From NCBI GenBank assembly GCA_015680685.1, contig MNCI01002351.1, forward strand, positions 1 through 64,000: 64,000 nt of DNA, in the 5' to 3' direction. The stretch comes from Gnetum montanum. Taxonomy: Eukaryota; Plantae; Gnetophyta. Shown here piece after piece: positions 26,601 to 39,817 of the stretch (position 1 is its first letter; every line of letters begins with the position of its first letter). Made by a program: the position numbers and the translations under genes. Below the pieces are notes generated by a model. The model was given only the letters and a program-made list of their open reading frames with translations, did no database searches and was not told the origin of the DNA.

Positions 26601-28595
26601 GTTATGGGGGATATCCTCCATTCTAACAAGTAGAATTAGTAAATATTTTTCCTTTTCTTCAATTTTATAATTTTTTGTTTTCTAATTTATTATTTTATCT
26701 TTTTATGGATAATCTCATCTATGAATAAAACACTCATGTAACCAGTCGGTTGAGGTGTTGTTCTATGCTATCAAGTCTCAGGTGACTAATTATTTATACA
26801 GCAAGGCCACAACATCCACCCAATCATTCTATTAATAAGAAGTTCTACTCTGGGTATGATGATATTCTTGTCATCATGAAAACTTAAAAGTAATTTTGTG
26901 CTCATTATGCCCAGAGTGAAAAATGATGGACTAAGAGAGAATGGCCAAGGTGTGACATCAAGGGGACTTGTGGATTCTCTTTGTGACATATGTAGTTGTT
27001 ATCATGTAGCTTGGTTGTAATAAGATCCTTTAGATCTAATAACAATGGGAGTAAGAGTAATAAAGGCACTTAATAAAGAAACCAAATGCTATTCTAGGCG
27101 GTCCCACTAGAAAGACATGCACTCATGCTTAAAGGTAGGTAGCTTCTCTGGATTACACATCAAAAACAAAAACAAAAACAAGAAAAAAGGAAAGAGAGTG
27201 TGCCAAAGCATCCAAGCAAAAATTATGCTACAAAAAAAAATTCCAAATCACTCCTCCTTTGCACAAAATACTAAGTGATCATACACCTTGCTGTCATGAT
27301 ACTCTTATGGTTTTCCATCATTGGATGAAACAATGTGATGTCACTGATCGAAGGAATGGACTTGGTCTTGATTTTGGAGTGATGGGCTAATGATACATTA
27401 ATCATGTCCTACACTCAATATTCATTGTGCCTTGGGTCAGTTACCTCATGTCCCAATCTCTACAATCGCTTCTACAATTCGCCTCATCTCATTGTTCATG
27501 TATTTGTGACTCATGTCTTATGTAGCATTGAATTCATATCTCATCACGATGGTATCTACTTCTGTGTGCTTTGTGCAATTGGTGGGGATTACATTTAAAC
27601 CTTTTAGTACCTACAAACATTTTTAGGCATGGTTACGTAAGGGAATCATAGGTAGGAACCTACTTTGGGGAGGACCCACTTGTGTAACCTTTGTAATTTA
27701 CATCATTTTATACCCTCTAGGTACTTCGTTATCAAATATATTCTTTCCTTTATCATCATTTTATCAAAATTTCCTCAAAACCATTACATGTCCTTTTATG
27801 TGTCACCTTAACAAATTGGGTCCAACATTAAACTTTTATGACAACTTCCTTGAAAAAATTTCTAACTCTAAAGTCATACTAAGCAAAGAATTTAACATTT
27901 ATTAAAGGCAATGAGTAAGGTATGAAATAATTGAACTTCTTTCAATAACCTTACTAACAATTAATCTTTGTGTGATTATAGATAGCCCCTAAAAGAGAAC
28001 AAAAAGGAGGACCTTCTCAAGGTGTAACTGAATGCCCAAGGGAAGGCAGAGGCCAAGGACCTCATGCAGAACATGTAGAGTAGGAGGTACAATCATTTAA
28101 CATTCATCAGGGAACTCTTGTCACTGCACAATATGGCCAAGAAAAAGGTGGAGAGGTTAAGGCCTAAGCCTATGAAGAGGAACAGTGGCTATTTGTGGCA
28201 TGGCATGTCAAGGCCAAGCAAGTGTTCATGTAGATACTGTGTCCATAGGAAGTGTTGACTCCATCAAACATTGGAACATCAGCATGGATGGCTCATAATC
28301 CTTGGATAGAAGAGGAGAAATGTTAGGTGCTTCTTCAACAGTATCAATCTTAGAAGCCTGGAGCGCAAGATAAAGGAAAGGCACCCATGGAGGAGCCACC
28401 ACCATTGGAAACCCAATGAGTTCCACAAGTTTTTTCTTTTGTGTTTGTGTCCAAATTTTATTTAGTCCCACATTGCTACATGAAACATTCCATGCTCATT
28501 CAATAATCTCATACCTATCCCCTTTTTGTAATTGAATGAACTTGTTCCTCACTTTCTTTAACTCGAAGATGAGTTGTTATTTAGTTGTGGGGGTA

Positions 28596-29199
28596 TGATG
28601 AATCATGGTTTGCCAGGTGCTGATGTTGGACCCTTGACATCGGACCCTCAATATTGGATCTAAGATATTAGGTAGGAAATATCATGGCCTAAATAACAAT
28701 ATCAAATACATGATATTGCGATTCCTGTGTAAGCCTATAGATACACCTTTGGGTGCATAGGAAGGGGAGCTAGAGTTAGTAAGTTAGAGTAGTAGTAGAG
28801 TCTTTTTGTTTATTTTTAGTTCATCTCAACCCTTTCCCTAGTGCATGCCCACAGTGTGATTATTGTAATTGTATGGAACCTTTATTCGAGTGTGACATAC
28901 TTGGACACATGCATGACCAGCAATAAAGATCAAGATTACTTCATCATTGCAACATTCACTTAGTTTTCATTGCTTAACTATTATTATTATTTATTGTTTT
29001 CTTAATTAATATTTATTCACCTTCATTTACTATCCTTGTTATTAAACATGGAATGAATATGACTTAATCATGAGCATTTAAGTGTGACTACTTGGTATCC
29101 CAGTAGCGTATCTAGGAGTGTTTAAGTAACGTGCGCTTGGTAATCCTAGAAGTAGTACATAAAGTCCAAGATGTGTATAGATGATTAAGGATGGATGCT
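28596..29199 (+). repeat. 3' LTR, truncated
   Basis: Direct repeat of 23522-24167, preceded by the PPT. Confidence 0.9.
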
Positions 29200-30753
29200 T
29201 CTAATGAACTGGTCATGTGGTCGGAGGATCTCATATATATGATCCAACCATTTACGGAGGCCTTGTAGGACAATAAGGAAGAGACAAGGCTAGTATTACC
29301 TTATTGAGCAGCAAGTGTAGTAGGAGCTTTAAGAGTAGCCTCAATTTCCTTGCTATTTTTGGAGACATTCGATAACTTCTAGAGTACTTGTAGCTATTCA
29401 TTAGTAAATAGGTTTGAGGCAGCCTCCATCTCATTTGATGATTTAGCTATGTATGTTGACTTGTTGATCCATTGTTGGCTCTATGATTTCCAATCTGCAG
29501 GCTTTTCATGTATATCCCAACACATATCCTTGGCGTGATAGGGCTTGTTACAATGCTTGTACCATGGTTGTTTATCTTTTTCCTTTTGGTTCCTTGAGTT
29601 ACCTCCTTCATGGTTTACAACTAGAGCTGAACCATGGGACATGACTTCAGTGGGTGGATTTTGAGAGTGCATCATCACTTTCTTTCTACTTTCTTCCCTT
29701 GTCACTTTTGCAAAAAATTCCTTCAAGAAAGGAAATGGTTTAGTACCATGTACTCATCCCAAAACTTCATCAAGATCTTTGTTAAGGCCCTACAAAAAAT
29801 CAAAAATGCACCCTCTTTCCACCATTTTGTTATACATGATCACATCATTAGGATATTTCCAAGTCACATTGTGAAATACATCAATTTCTTACCATTATTT
29901 TAAGAGAGTATTGAAATATTTAGTGACTAATGAGTTAACCTGCCAAGTATTGCAAATGGAAAATTAGACTTTTAAGCTTTGTGTGATGTTTTCAAGGTCT
30001 GAATACATCTCTTTTATGGTATCCCAGATCTCCTTGGCTATTTGATAAAATAGATCCAACTTTTCAATTTTGAGCTCCATTTAATTAATCAACCAAGCCA
30101 TCATCATTGAGTTTTCTACCTTCCATTTTTTGTACATGGAAAAATGTTCTTTAGGCATGGCAATTGCTCATGTTAGGTAGCCCATTTTGCTCCTCCCTTT
30201 GATCATGAGCAGAATTGATTGATACCATTCATGGAAATTATTTTTGTTTAGTTTGTGTAAGGTGATTTGAAGAGAATGATTTTTAGTTTGAGGGGAGGAA
30301 AGGAATAAGGGTGGAGTTGAGATAGTCAAAATCAAGAAGGACTTCACTGTAGAGAATTTAGGTGCCACACTCACCATTTTGGTTTGCTAATTGGGCTCTC
30401 ATGTTGGTGAAAGAACTGGCTCTAATACCATGAATAGGAAAGAAAGAAGAAAAGGTTAGAAAAATAATTCTCTTACTCTCTCGTTCATCTTCAATCAACA
30501 ACTATAGAAATTTATAGGAAATAATTACAATAGGAAATTTGCTAAATAAGGAACAATAAATCTAGAAAATAACTGATAGATATTGATTCTAAGAATTAAC
30601 TACTTTTGATAAGTTGATTCACAAAATCAAGCCCTAATTGATTTAGAGAATTAACTAATTTTGGTAAGTTGATCCACAAAATCAAGTCCTAAGTGATATA
30701 GAGAATCAATTAATTTTGGTAAGTTGATCTAGCTTAATACTAACTTTCTAATA
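29200..30753 (-). mobile_element. Ty1/copia fragment: 5' LTR (30431-30753), tRNA-iMet PBS, degenerate gag
   Basis: PBS reverse complement TGGTATTAGAGCC (30418-30430). Gag reads QITLHKLNKNNFHEWYQSILLMIKGRSKMGYLT and WKVENSMMMAWLIN, with knuckle YKHCNKPYHAKDMCWDIH. The LTR contains about three copies of a roughly 57-bp repeat. Confidence 0.88.
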
Positions 30754-31213
30754 GGAATTTTAAGAAGCTACAACATTTGTTGCCTTGAAATACTATCAGG
30801 TCATCTTGGATGTGGTACATGCTCAAGAATAGGTGTAGTACCCCTATATAGGACTACCAAAATCCATCAGATAATAATGTTCATAAGGACCAAGAGGGAT
30901 TTCTTGATGTGAGTGTTGTGTTTCATGGGATATGGCTTTGAATGTAGCATTGTAGATAGCCTAGTGATGGGATGAATTCTTATTTTTAGGATAAGGACCA
31001 CTTTTTTTTTGTTCCATTCTTCATGGGGGATGTTCACCTTTTTGTTTACTATGAGGGGTTCCTCCCACCTCTCTCTCCCCCACTTTGGGGCTTCTAACCC
31101 CTAGGTTGTTCCTTGGGGGGTTTTATGACCACTCAAATTTTGAAATTTCTTTCTTTCTTTTAATTCAATCCTCCAATATTTTTGCAAAAAATAAAAAATA
31201 AAAAAATAAAAAA
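30754..31213 (+). mobile_element. 3' end of LINE copy 2 with an A-rich tail
   Basis: Matches 20388-20670, then continues to ttcaatcctccaa...gcAAAAAATAAAAAATAAAAAATAAAAA. Confidence 0.85.
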
Positions 31214-31490
31214 GATATATGAACATTTATAACTCATGACCATCGAATTGTTACTAAATGGTGCTTTTATCTTATGCCATTCTTGTTGATGCCTTTATCT
31301 TATGTTATTCTTTTTCTTTCATTGTGGTTACATATTGTCATGTTCAAGATGTTAGTATTTCAATGCATGAGAGTTGAATTGTTAATGATAGTGATGTGGT
31401 GATCTGTCATAATTTAAATTAAATTTTAAAGTTTAAATTAACATGTGCATGAAAAGGTCTCAATTGCTTAATAAATTGCTAAAATACTAT

Positions 31491-33672
31491 TGTTGCAACC
31501 AAAAACATTGGTGGCTGGAACACCGAGAGGTCACCAAGAACATAGCCTAACCCTGGATCTGTGCGAGGGCCATGCTAGATGTAAATGGATGAGGGGTGCC
31601 TTGAATGGTCTGGTCAATCAAATAGGAACTTAACTAGTGTACAATAACCTTTCATAAACATCGGTTTTAAATATGTTATATGCACGTTGATCGATAAGGG
31701 TAAAAGTGAATCAATTGAGAATAATGCAAAACATGAAAATAACAAAGAAAAATGAAGTAGGTTTGGGTGAGAAAGTGCACTGCCCAAAGATCAGGGGATC
31801 TAATTTTTTCTTGAATGAAGGAGGTTTACAACAGATGGTAGTGGGAACAAGCACAGCTTGCAACGAAGTAGTATGGTCACAGCTCCTTGAACTGCTATCA
31901 ACAACTTGCTAACAAGGTCCTTTTGCTTGCCAATCTGCTTGCCAAGACTAATTGCCAAGAAGCAAAAATGCTAGAATGCCAAACACACTAAATATGCCAA
32001 AAGCTAGCCATAGGAATGATGAGTACAAAAGCCAACTATGCCCCAAAAAACAAACCCTTTGAACATTGTTCACTGGGGTATTTATAGGGCTAGGAGCAGG
32101 AGAAAAACATGGTTTGGATGCCACGTGTCCTAGGTTCCATAAAGTGTAAACATGACTATGTCATGCTACTGTGTAGTGCTAGGTGTGAAGACTGATACAC
32201 TATGACCATACCATTCATGCTGCATGTGCTAAAGTCCAGTGAGATGCCATGTTTGTTATAAAGAAAACTATCAATAATGAATGTGAAATGGAGCCTGTCC
32301 TCCAGGACTACGTCTTTCCTACTCTTGTAAGTAGGGTCAAGTGTAGGGACAACTTTGGGGATAGTCAGGGGGAAGTGCAAAACAATGCAAACTTGCTAAT
32401 TTTGTCTATTGAAGAGATGTTAGGATGAGAGTAACCATTGTTAACATGTTTTGGAGCTAACTGAAGATGTCTTGGGGCTCCCATGTGAAATTTATGCTAT
32501 TTACGCTACCTAGCGTATTGGCGTAATGTCAATACCTACATGTTATGCTGTGCTACGCTATGTAGCGTAGTCGCTGATCTTGGAAAAAATCTTGCCTAAA
32601 AGTTGAAAATACCTATCTGAGGCCTAGCCAAGTAAGCAACTACAACCCTATCTTTCATGCTGATATTTCTTAGAACCTACTTAGTTCATCCTTGGGACAC
32701 TTTGTTGTTTTGCATCCTCGCTACGCTATGCTATGCTGTGCAGTGTAGCATAGTGTAGCAGCCAATGTGACATGAATCCTTTGTTCAATCTACAATGCTT
32801 TATCAAGAAACTTTACTTGAAGCTTAAGGGAAAAGTGGGATAGTCAATCTTGGAGGCTGAAGTGTGACCAAGTGTAATTCTCTTACTAAAACCACTTAGC
32901 AGAGGGCCTTTGTACACTCTATCCTTGCTACACTGTGTAGTGTAGCACAACATAGCACCCAGTTTGGCTTGGATTCTAACTTAGTATTACAAGCATTTGG
33001 TCACGGGATGTCAGTCGATAGTAAACCTATTTGATAGTTGAAGCATGGGCAAATGTGCTTACTCCATCAGAGCCATCTGAGTAGGAGTATCGACAAAGTG
33101 CATCCCTATTACATTGTGCTATGCTACGTAGCATAGCATAGCATAGCACTTAAGTGAAGAGGATTTCTAATGAAATTTACCATATTTTTGCTGTCTCACG
33201 TTGCACATGCATCAAGGATGAAGCTGGGAAGATGTCCTAGATGGCTAAGTTATTGTCAATCTGCATCCTTTAGGTGCAATCAGTCTCCCCAAGGCTTGCT
33301 ACACTATGCAGCGTAGTGTAGCGTAGCAAGTCTAGCAATTAGAAAACTTGTCGAACTATTTCATTCATCTTGAACACTTTCAGCAACTCCTAGCATGGTG
33401 CCTGGGTAGACCGTCAGTCGAGTTAAGTGTCCAGATGGGCAAGCTAGAGGGTGTAGCAAGCTTGTCAACCCAGGAGATAGAAAATTTGTTGAACTGTATG
33501 GTCTACCCCCAGTGCCTCTTTTATGCAAACTGGCCTTGTAACTAGATGCCACATTGACTGTGCCATAGATGGCATTGTCTACATGGTCCAACATGAAATC
33601 ATGTTTGGGGGACCTCTTGCCCATATTCCAGAACTACTAAATCATGAGAGCTCTAAAATTTATGGTGTTTTA
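31491..33672 (-). repeat. 3' LTR of element A (about 2.18 kb)
   Basis: The left end tgttgcaacc is the reverse complement of the B LTR 3' end (44500-44655). The right end ggtgtttta is followed by the PPT complement tggcccctcttt, as at 51271-51294. Confidence 0.85.
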
Positions 33673-35112
33673 ATGGCCCCTCTTTGTTGACATCTAGAGG
33701 ATCTACCCGAGAGACATCGACAAAGAATACAAAACACCATGAGGAACCAAACACCAACTTCGCTCTTTAGTGCCTACTTGGATGATGCTCTACTATGTTT
33801 GAGAGTACTGGGAGAGTGATATGAAGAAAGGGGCAAGGGATGGATTTGATGAAATAGGTTCTGGGAAAAAATAAGTGTGAGATGCAATGCTTTGAGAAAT
33901 TTTTTCCATAGCATGATCCCTCATTAGAGTGCTTATGAGGGAGCTAGCACACATGGGTGTGTTTCTTTGTTGGCCTTTGACCTCTAGTCAGAGTACTTAG
34001 AGATGATCAATTTATGGTCGAAGCGATCATAAAGCTGCTACTGTGCCATTTGTTTTAGGCACCATTTTTTAAATATTTTTTGCTCCTTTTTGCATTTTTG
34101 TGTCTTTCCTTTGCTATACACCCACGTTCACTTGCAAACAACCTGTTGTTATAGGATAGGTGTTTTCTCCCCAAGATGAGTTGTGTTACTACCATGTGGG
34201 GTTTTTCCCTGCCTACAGATGCTTCCCAGATGGCGAGTTGCATTACATCCATCATAGACTTGAGGGTTGAGCATGTGGGAGGGATATGTACATTGGGAAA
34301 GCTTGTAAAGAGGATATGGAAGATTGGAAGTATATAAGGAATGGTGGCTAAACTAGGTAAAATCAGAGAGTAGGACATGCACTCTCAAGCAATGAGGTTA
34401 ATCAAAGTGGATACTTCATAGCAATGTAGTGTCTTGGCTTTCATGGTAAAAAATATCTTTCAATGATGCCATATTAGCTTGTATCCTACAAACACAACAG
34501 AGAGAAAACCAAAAAAACAACCATGAAGTGAAGTGAGAGCAAAGTCCCACTTGCTTTAGACATCGCCGAAGCAACAAGTATTATTGCTAAGGTGTGCAAT
34601 GTCCAAAGTAAGAAGGCTAGCATAGATCTCAGCCACGGTAGGCTGGAAATGGTGGCACCAAAGAGACTAGGAGTAGCGGTGATGCAAGAGCTCAAGATTC
34701 CTTGCCCAAGGCAAACATCATGTAGTCCAACTGCAAGGTGAGAAGCCTAATAGTTGAACACCTCTTAGCCTCGGATGATGGTGAGGGGTGAAGGATGATA
34801 ATCTTGTGGCTAGGCCACAATAGTGCTGGGCCTCCAACTACAGTTGCTAACGGTAGGAGCTACTGCTAGGATGAGTGGTTGTGATAGCAGTAGCTCCGGA
34901 AAGTCAGCAAGATGTCAAACAACATCTTAGGAAGATTAGCAAGATTCCAAGGGTAGTGATGCTACATGTGTTCTAGAGGATGTTTCCTTGGCATCGTGAA
35001 CTACATTCTAGAACTATAGCATCCCATCCTGTGTTGCCCAGAAATCTTGAAATGTGCACGCTCTCTTGTTCGTAGGGTCATGGATGTGAGCTAGGAGAGC
35101 ATTGCACTATGA

Positions 35113-35390
35113 ACCTAGTTTAAGATCTTGGTAGACCATCAGATGTGCTAGTTTAAGGTCCTAGCAGACCATGATCTACTGTTTTAAGGTCCTAGGAGAC
35201 TACTATGCTAGTTTAACATCATAGAAGATAGTGGAGGGCCAGTTTAAGGTCATAGCAGATCATGCTATGGATGCCAATTTTACATTGTAGCCCAAGGACA
35301 TGCTATGCTAGTTTATAGTCATAGTAGGCTATCTGTGCCAATTTTATGTCATAGCAGATGTTCTTTGTTACTTTTATGTCATAGTGGATG
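35113..35390. repeat. Post-integrase tandem array, core gctagtttaaggtc-N-gcagac
   Basis: About 9 units of roughly 30 bp. Confidence 0.8.
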
Positions 35391-35419
35391 ATTGTCTTAC
35401 CTTAATTTGTACCCGATGT

Positions 35420-38400
35420 GATCCTTTGCATTAGAAGTAGTATGGCTTGAGATATAAGTGGTTGACAGGATTTGTGAACTTGTTGCCATCCATATCGGCC
35501 AGTTTGAAGGCCCCGTTCTCATAGGCTTTTTTCACTATGAAAGGGCCTTCCCAGTTGGCTGAGAATTTGTTTACATGTTCATGAATAGCCTTGAGGACTA
35601 TGTCCTCCTTTTTGATTGGTTGTTGATGTAAATTACAGTGGTGCTTTTGCTATTGTTTGTCCTAGTACCATTCGATACGATCAAGTGTTCAGGCACACTC
35701 CTCCTCTATGGAGTCAAGATCAATGATCCTTGACTCATTGTTTTGAGCCTCATCTACAACATTTGAGAGGATCATTTAAAGTGATGAAACTTGCAATTTG
35801 AGAGGTAACACTACTTTAGATCCGTAAACAAGACTATATGGAGTCTTACCTGTAGCTATCCGGCATGTTGTATGGTAAGCCCAAAACACATAGAGGATTT
35901 GCTCATGTCATCACCTTTTACTGTTACTAAGCATCTGTTTGAGCAGGTTGATAATGGATTTTTTTTGCCTCTGCTTGATCATTTTCTTGTGGGTAGTACG
36001 GTGATGAAAAAGAGTGCTTAATGCCAAGGTTGTCACAAAAGGTTTTGGTTTCTGCACTACTAAATGGCCGGTTGTCTATCATAATAGTCATGGGAAGACC
36101 AAACCTTGTTACTATGTTGTCCAAGATAAAGTGGCAGACCTGTTGAGATGTAGTCTTCCTTAGGGGAATATCCTCTACCCACTTTGTGAAGTATTCAGTT
36201 GCGGTGATGATGAAGCTATGTTCTGCGAAAGACTTAGGTGTGATAGGTCCTATGATGTCTAGTCCTCATCATTGGAATGGCCATGTAATCTATGTAGGAT
36301 GTAACTTAGTAGGTGACATGTGTATGATCTTTGCATGGCATTGACATACATCACACGTTCTAACTTTGGCAAGGTAATCTCGTTTGATGCAAGGCTAGTA
36401 GTACCCTAGGCATCTAATTTTTACTACCATAGCCCTAGGGGCTATGTGTCCTTCACATAGTCCCTCATGGATTTCATTAACAATTTTTTATGCTTCTTCC
36501 CCACCAACGCAAGTTAGCAATATCCCATCAAAGGAGCATTTGCATAAGGTGTTGTCTCCTATAAGGACATATTGCTAGGCGTGCTTTTAGATTGTAGCCT
36601 TTTGAGCAGATGTCAAGCCATGTGTGGGTTCATTGTGTTGAAGGTAAGCTTTAATGTTGGCATACCATTCTTGGATATCTATTGCATTAATAGAGCAATG
36701 TGTACCACTTGAGTAATAGGATTTGTACATTCTATTATCAAACTAGGAAAAGTGGCAAACAAGTGCGATGACACATTCAATGCTAACGTGGCTGGTGCAT
36801 TAGCTATGGTGTTCTAATTATGGGCTACATGTTAGATGTCTAACGTTGTAAATTATTTTAGTAAACTCTTAGCTAGATTACAATAAGGTTGTAAATGTGA
36901 AGCCTTACAAGCACAAACTTCAGTGATCTGGTTGAGAACTACTTGCGAGTCACCCTGGACTGCCAAATGTTGGATCTATAGCTCTTGGGCTTCTAAGGGG
37001 CCCCTAAGGAGTCCTTCATACTTAGCTACATTGTTCATACAAAGGAACGTATAGCAATATGCAAAGGGTCAAATTTACTCATAGGGAAATGTAACAACTA
37101 TGGCGGCACTTCCACCTCATGTAGTTGCAGCGCCATCAAAATGTAAGCTTGCTTTAAAATCAGATGGTACAGAGTTTAGGCTATTGATGTGTTCATCCAA
37201 GAATTCAGGTTCTATTATTTCTTAATCATTAATGGGTGAAGTCATTAGTTGTGTGGCTATTTCTTGACCCTTTGTTGATGATTGGGCTATATAATGCAAA
37301 TCGAATTTCGTTGTTATAGGTTTCCATCGAGCTATCCTACTACTCTCATACAAGTTTGTTGTGATAGCCTGAAGTATGTTGCTCTTACATATGATGTTAA
37401 TCTTGCTGCAAAATAGGCAATGTCTCCACTTTTTTAGCACAAATACTAGGGTGAGACAATATTTTTCTACCTCGTTGTATTTTTCCTTATAAGCTATTAA
37501 TCCATGACTTAAATAGTAAATTGGGATTTTTGATCCATCATCTCTTTTCTGATAGAGCAACACAATAATAAATGTGTCCAAAGTGGCAAGGTAGATGTAG
37601 AAAGGCTTATCCCTCTATGGTGGGTAAACAGTTGGGAGGTGTAAAATATCTTTCTTTAAGTTATCAAAGGCTTGTTAACATTGATCTGTCCACTCGATGT
37701 TGACCTCCTTTTTAAGCAGATGTTGCATGGGGTGTAGCTTGTTTGTCAACCTCGTGATAAACCTTCTAATAAATTGCACTCCACCTTGCAATCCACGTAA
37801 TTCTTTATGGTTTGTAGGTGGTTCTAAGTTGACAATGACCCTTACTTTATCAAGGTCCACTCATATTCCTGTTTCTGACACTATGAAACCTAGCATGTGT
37901 CTGATTTTAACTCTGAAAGCATATTTCTTAGGATTGAGGCATAGGTCATGCCTATGACAATGTTGGAGGACTATATTGAGATCATTGGGGTGATTGATAG
38001 CTTCTTTATACTTGACTACTATATCATCCACGTACTCATTCAATCTCTCCAAGAGGTAGTCACTAAAAATATATGTCATGGCTTGTTAATAAGTTGCTCC
38101 ACCATTTTTTAAGTCCAAATGACATCATTGTATAACAAAAGGTTCCCGAAGGGGTCATGAAAGTGGTTGACAACTAATGCTCTGGTTTTATACGGATCTA
38201 GTTATAGCTTGAGAACCCATCCATGAAGGATAGTAGGGCATGACCAATCATAGTGTTAATAATTTGGTCAATACTTGAAAATGGGAAGTTATCCTTAATT
38301 GTTGTTTTGTTCAAGTCTTGAAAGTCTATACAAATTTGTATACCTTTCATTTTCTTAGAAACTACAACGATGTTCAATACCCATTCTGAGTAATTGACCA

Positions 38401-38896
38401 CCTGGAAGAAACCAGCTCGATAGAGCTTGGTGATTTCATCACGTACGGCTAGTGCAATCTCAGGTTTGATTTTACGAGCTTTTTGCTTGACTGCCTTGAC
38501 ATGCGGATCTAGGATGATGTTGTGTTGTATGAGCCATGGGTCTAGACCTGGCATGTTGTCATATGACCATGCAAACACTTTAGAATTGTCATGGAGAACC
38601 TTTGAGATGTCTTGGTGTACCTGTGGATGTAATGGAGAGCTAATTTTCAAGGTTTTTTCTTCACCTCTAGTAGTAGTTATGGGGATTTTAGTGAGAGGGT
38701 CCTCAATCACATCCTTGACCTCTAAGTCTAAGGCTTGGGCTAGGTGTTCAGGCCAGTCTAGGGATGTTTCCAGGGACACTATGGTGTTGTGAGAGGATAT
38801 CTCAAAGTCTACCAATTCTTGATTCAAGCATCCTATAAACTTGTTGTAGGGACCTGTTAAGATCAAAGGGGAACAAAAATCATCATGCATAGCCAT
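35420..38896 (-). pseudogene. Degenerate RT-RNaseH-archaeal-type RNaseH-integrase of element A
   Basis: FAWSYDNMPGLDP, FMDGFSSYN, YVDDIVVK, IYYLSH, HFDGA (aRH), GLDIIGP, IMIDNRPF, YYPQENDQAE, NWEGPF. Confidence 0.92.
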
Positions 38897-39004
38897 TTTT
38901 TTAGGTGGACCTGTCATAATAAGCAAATAAACCAAGTCAAGTGATACTTGTTTCAAGCAATAGCATGTAACAAACATATGTAAATTAATGATGCAACATA
39001 AGAT

Positions 39005-39515
39005 AATTACCAGTTTAAGGTCTTAGCATACTACAATAATGTAATAATTTGGTCTAAAACGTAAAATGAATGCTAAAATTGCCATTTTAAGGTCATGGCA
39101 AACCGTAACTGGGCTCCGTTGTAGGGAGAATGCTAAGATTACCAGTGTAAGGTCATGGTGGACCATAATGATGTAAAGTTTGGTCTAAAGTGTAATATGA
39201 ATGCTAAAATTTCCATTTTAAGGTCATGGTAGACTGTAACTAGGTTTAAAATGTGAAACGAATTGTTAAAATTGCTAGTTTAAGGTCATGGCAGACCATC
39301 ATTTGGCTGTATTGTAGGTTAACATTATTAGTTGAAGGTCTTTGTGGACCGTGGTGTGACGGTATTGTAGGTTAAAATTGCTAGTTTAAGGTCTTCGTGG
39401 ACCATCATATGGACCACACTATAGGTTAAGATTGCGAGTTTAAGGTCTTTGCGGACCGTTACTGGGTTGTATTATAGGTTAACATTGCTAGTTTAAGGTC
39501 TTTGCAGACCATGGT
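39005..39515. repeat. Tandem array upstream of RT in element A
   Basis: About 10 units with core ttgctagtttaaggtc(a/t)tg..gacc and variable tails. Confidence 0.85.
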
Positions 39516-39817
39516 GTGTTTAAAATTTGCAAATGTAGAGAGAAAATTTTTGTGGGCCTACTTACTACACTGCCAATGAGTGTTACACTCTAGTGGAACT
39601 ATGCTATAGTAAGTGTTACGCTGCAGTAGTGTCCCGCGTTACCCGGAATGTGAAAGTGACAAGTGTTTTACCACGTCAGCTATAAATAGGAAATTAACCC
39701 ATAGTAAACTTGTCATTGTCCTTGTCAGAGCCCACACTTAGAGTGTAGAGCAGTCAAGCAGAGAAAGCGTAACAGGCATAGCATAGCAGCTGGTACTACC
39801 GATTTGTGAACGAGGTA

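Larger units (their letters stand above)
23522..29199 (+). mobile_element. Non-autonomous gag-only Athila-family LTR element; 3' LTR truncated
   Basis: 5' LTR 23522-24458, PBS, gag, no pol motifs, PPT ttagttgtgggggta, and a 3' LTR from 28596 matching the 5' LTR up to 29199. Confidence 0.88.

Noticed and set aside
28226-28471. Antisense ORF in the gag-only element
   Set aside because: Short, with no recognisable motif and no second copy to test conservation.
39005-39515. CRISPR-like array (conserved core with variable spacers); also 61465-62030
   Set aside because: The spacers are related to one another, there are no cas genes, and the context is a plant retrotransposon. These are ordinary tandem repeats.
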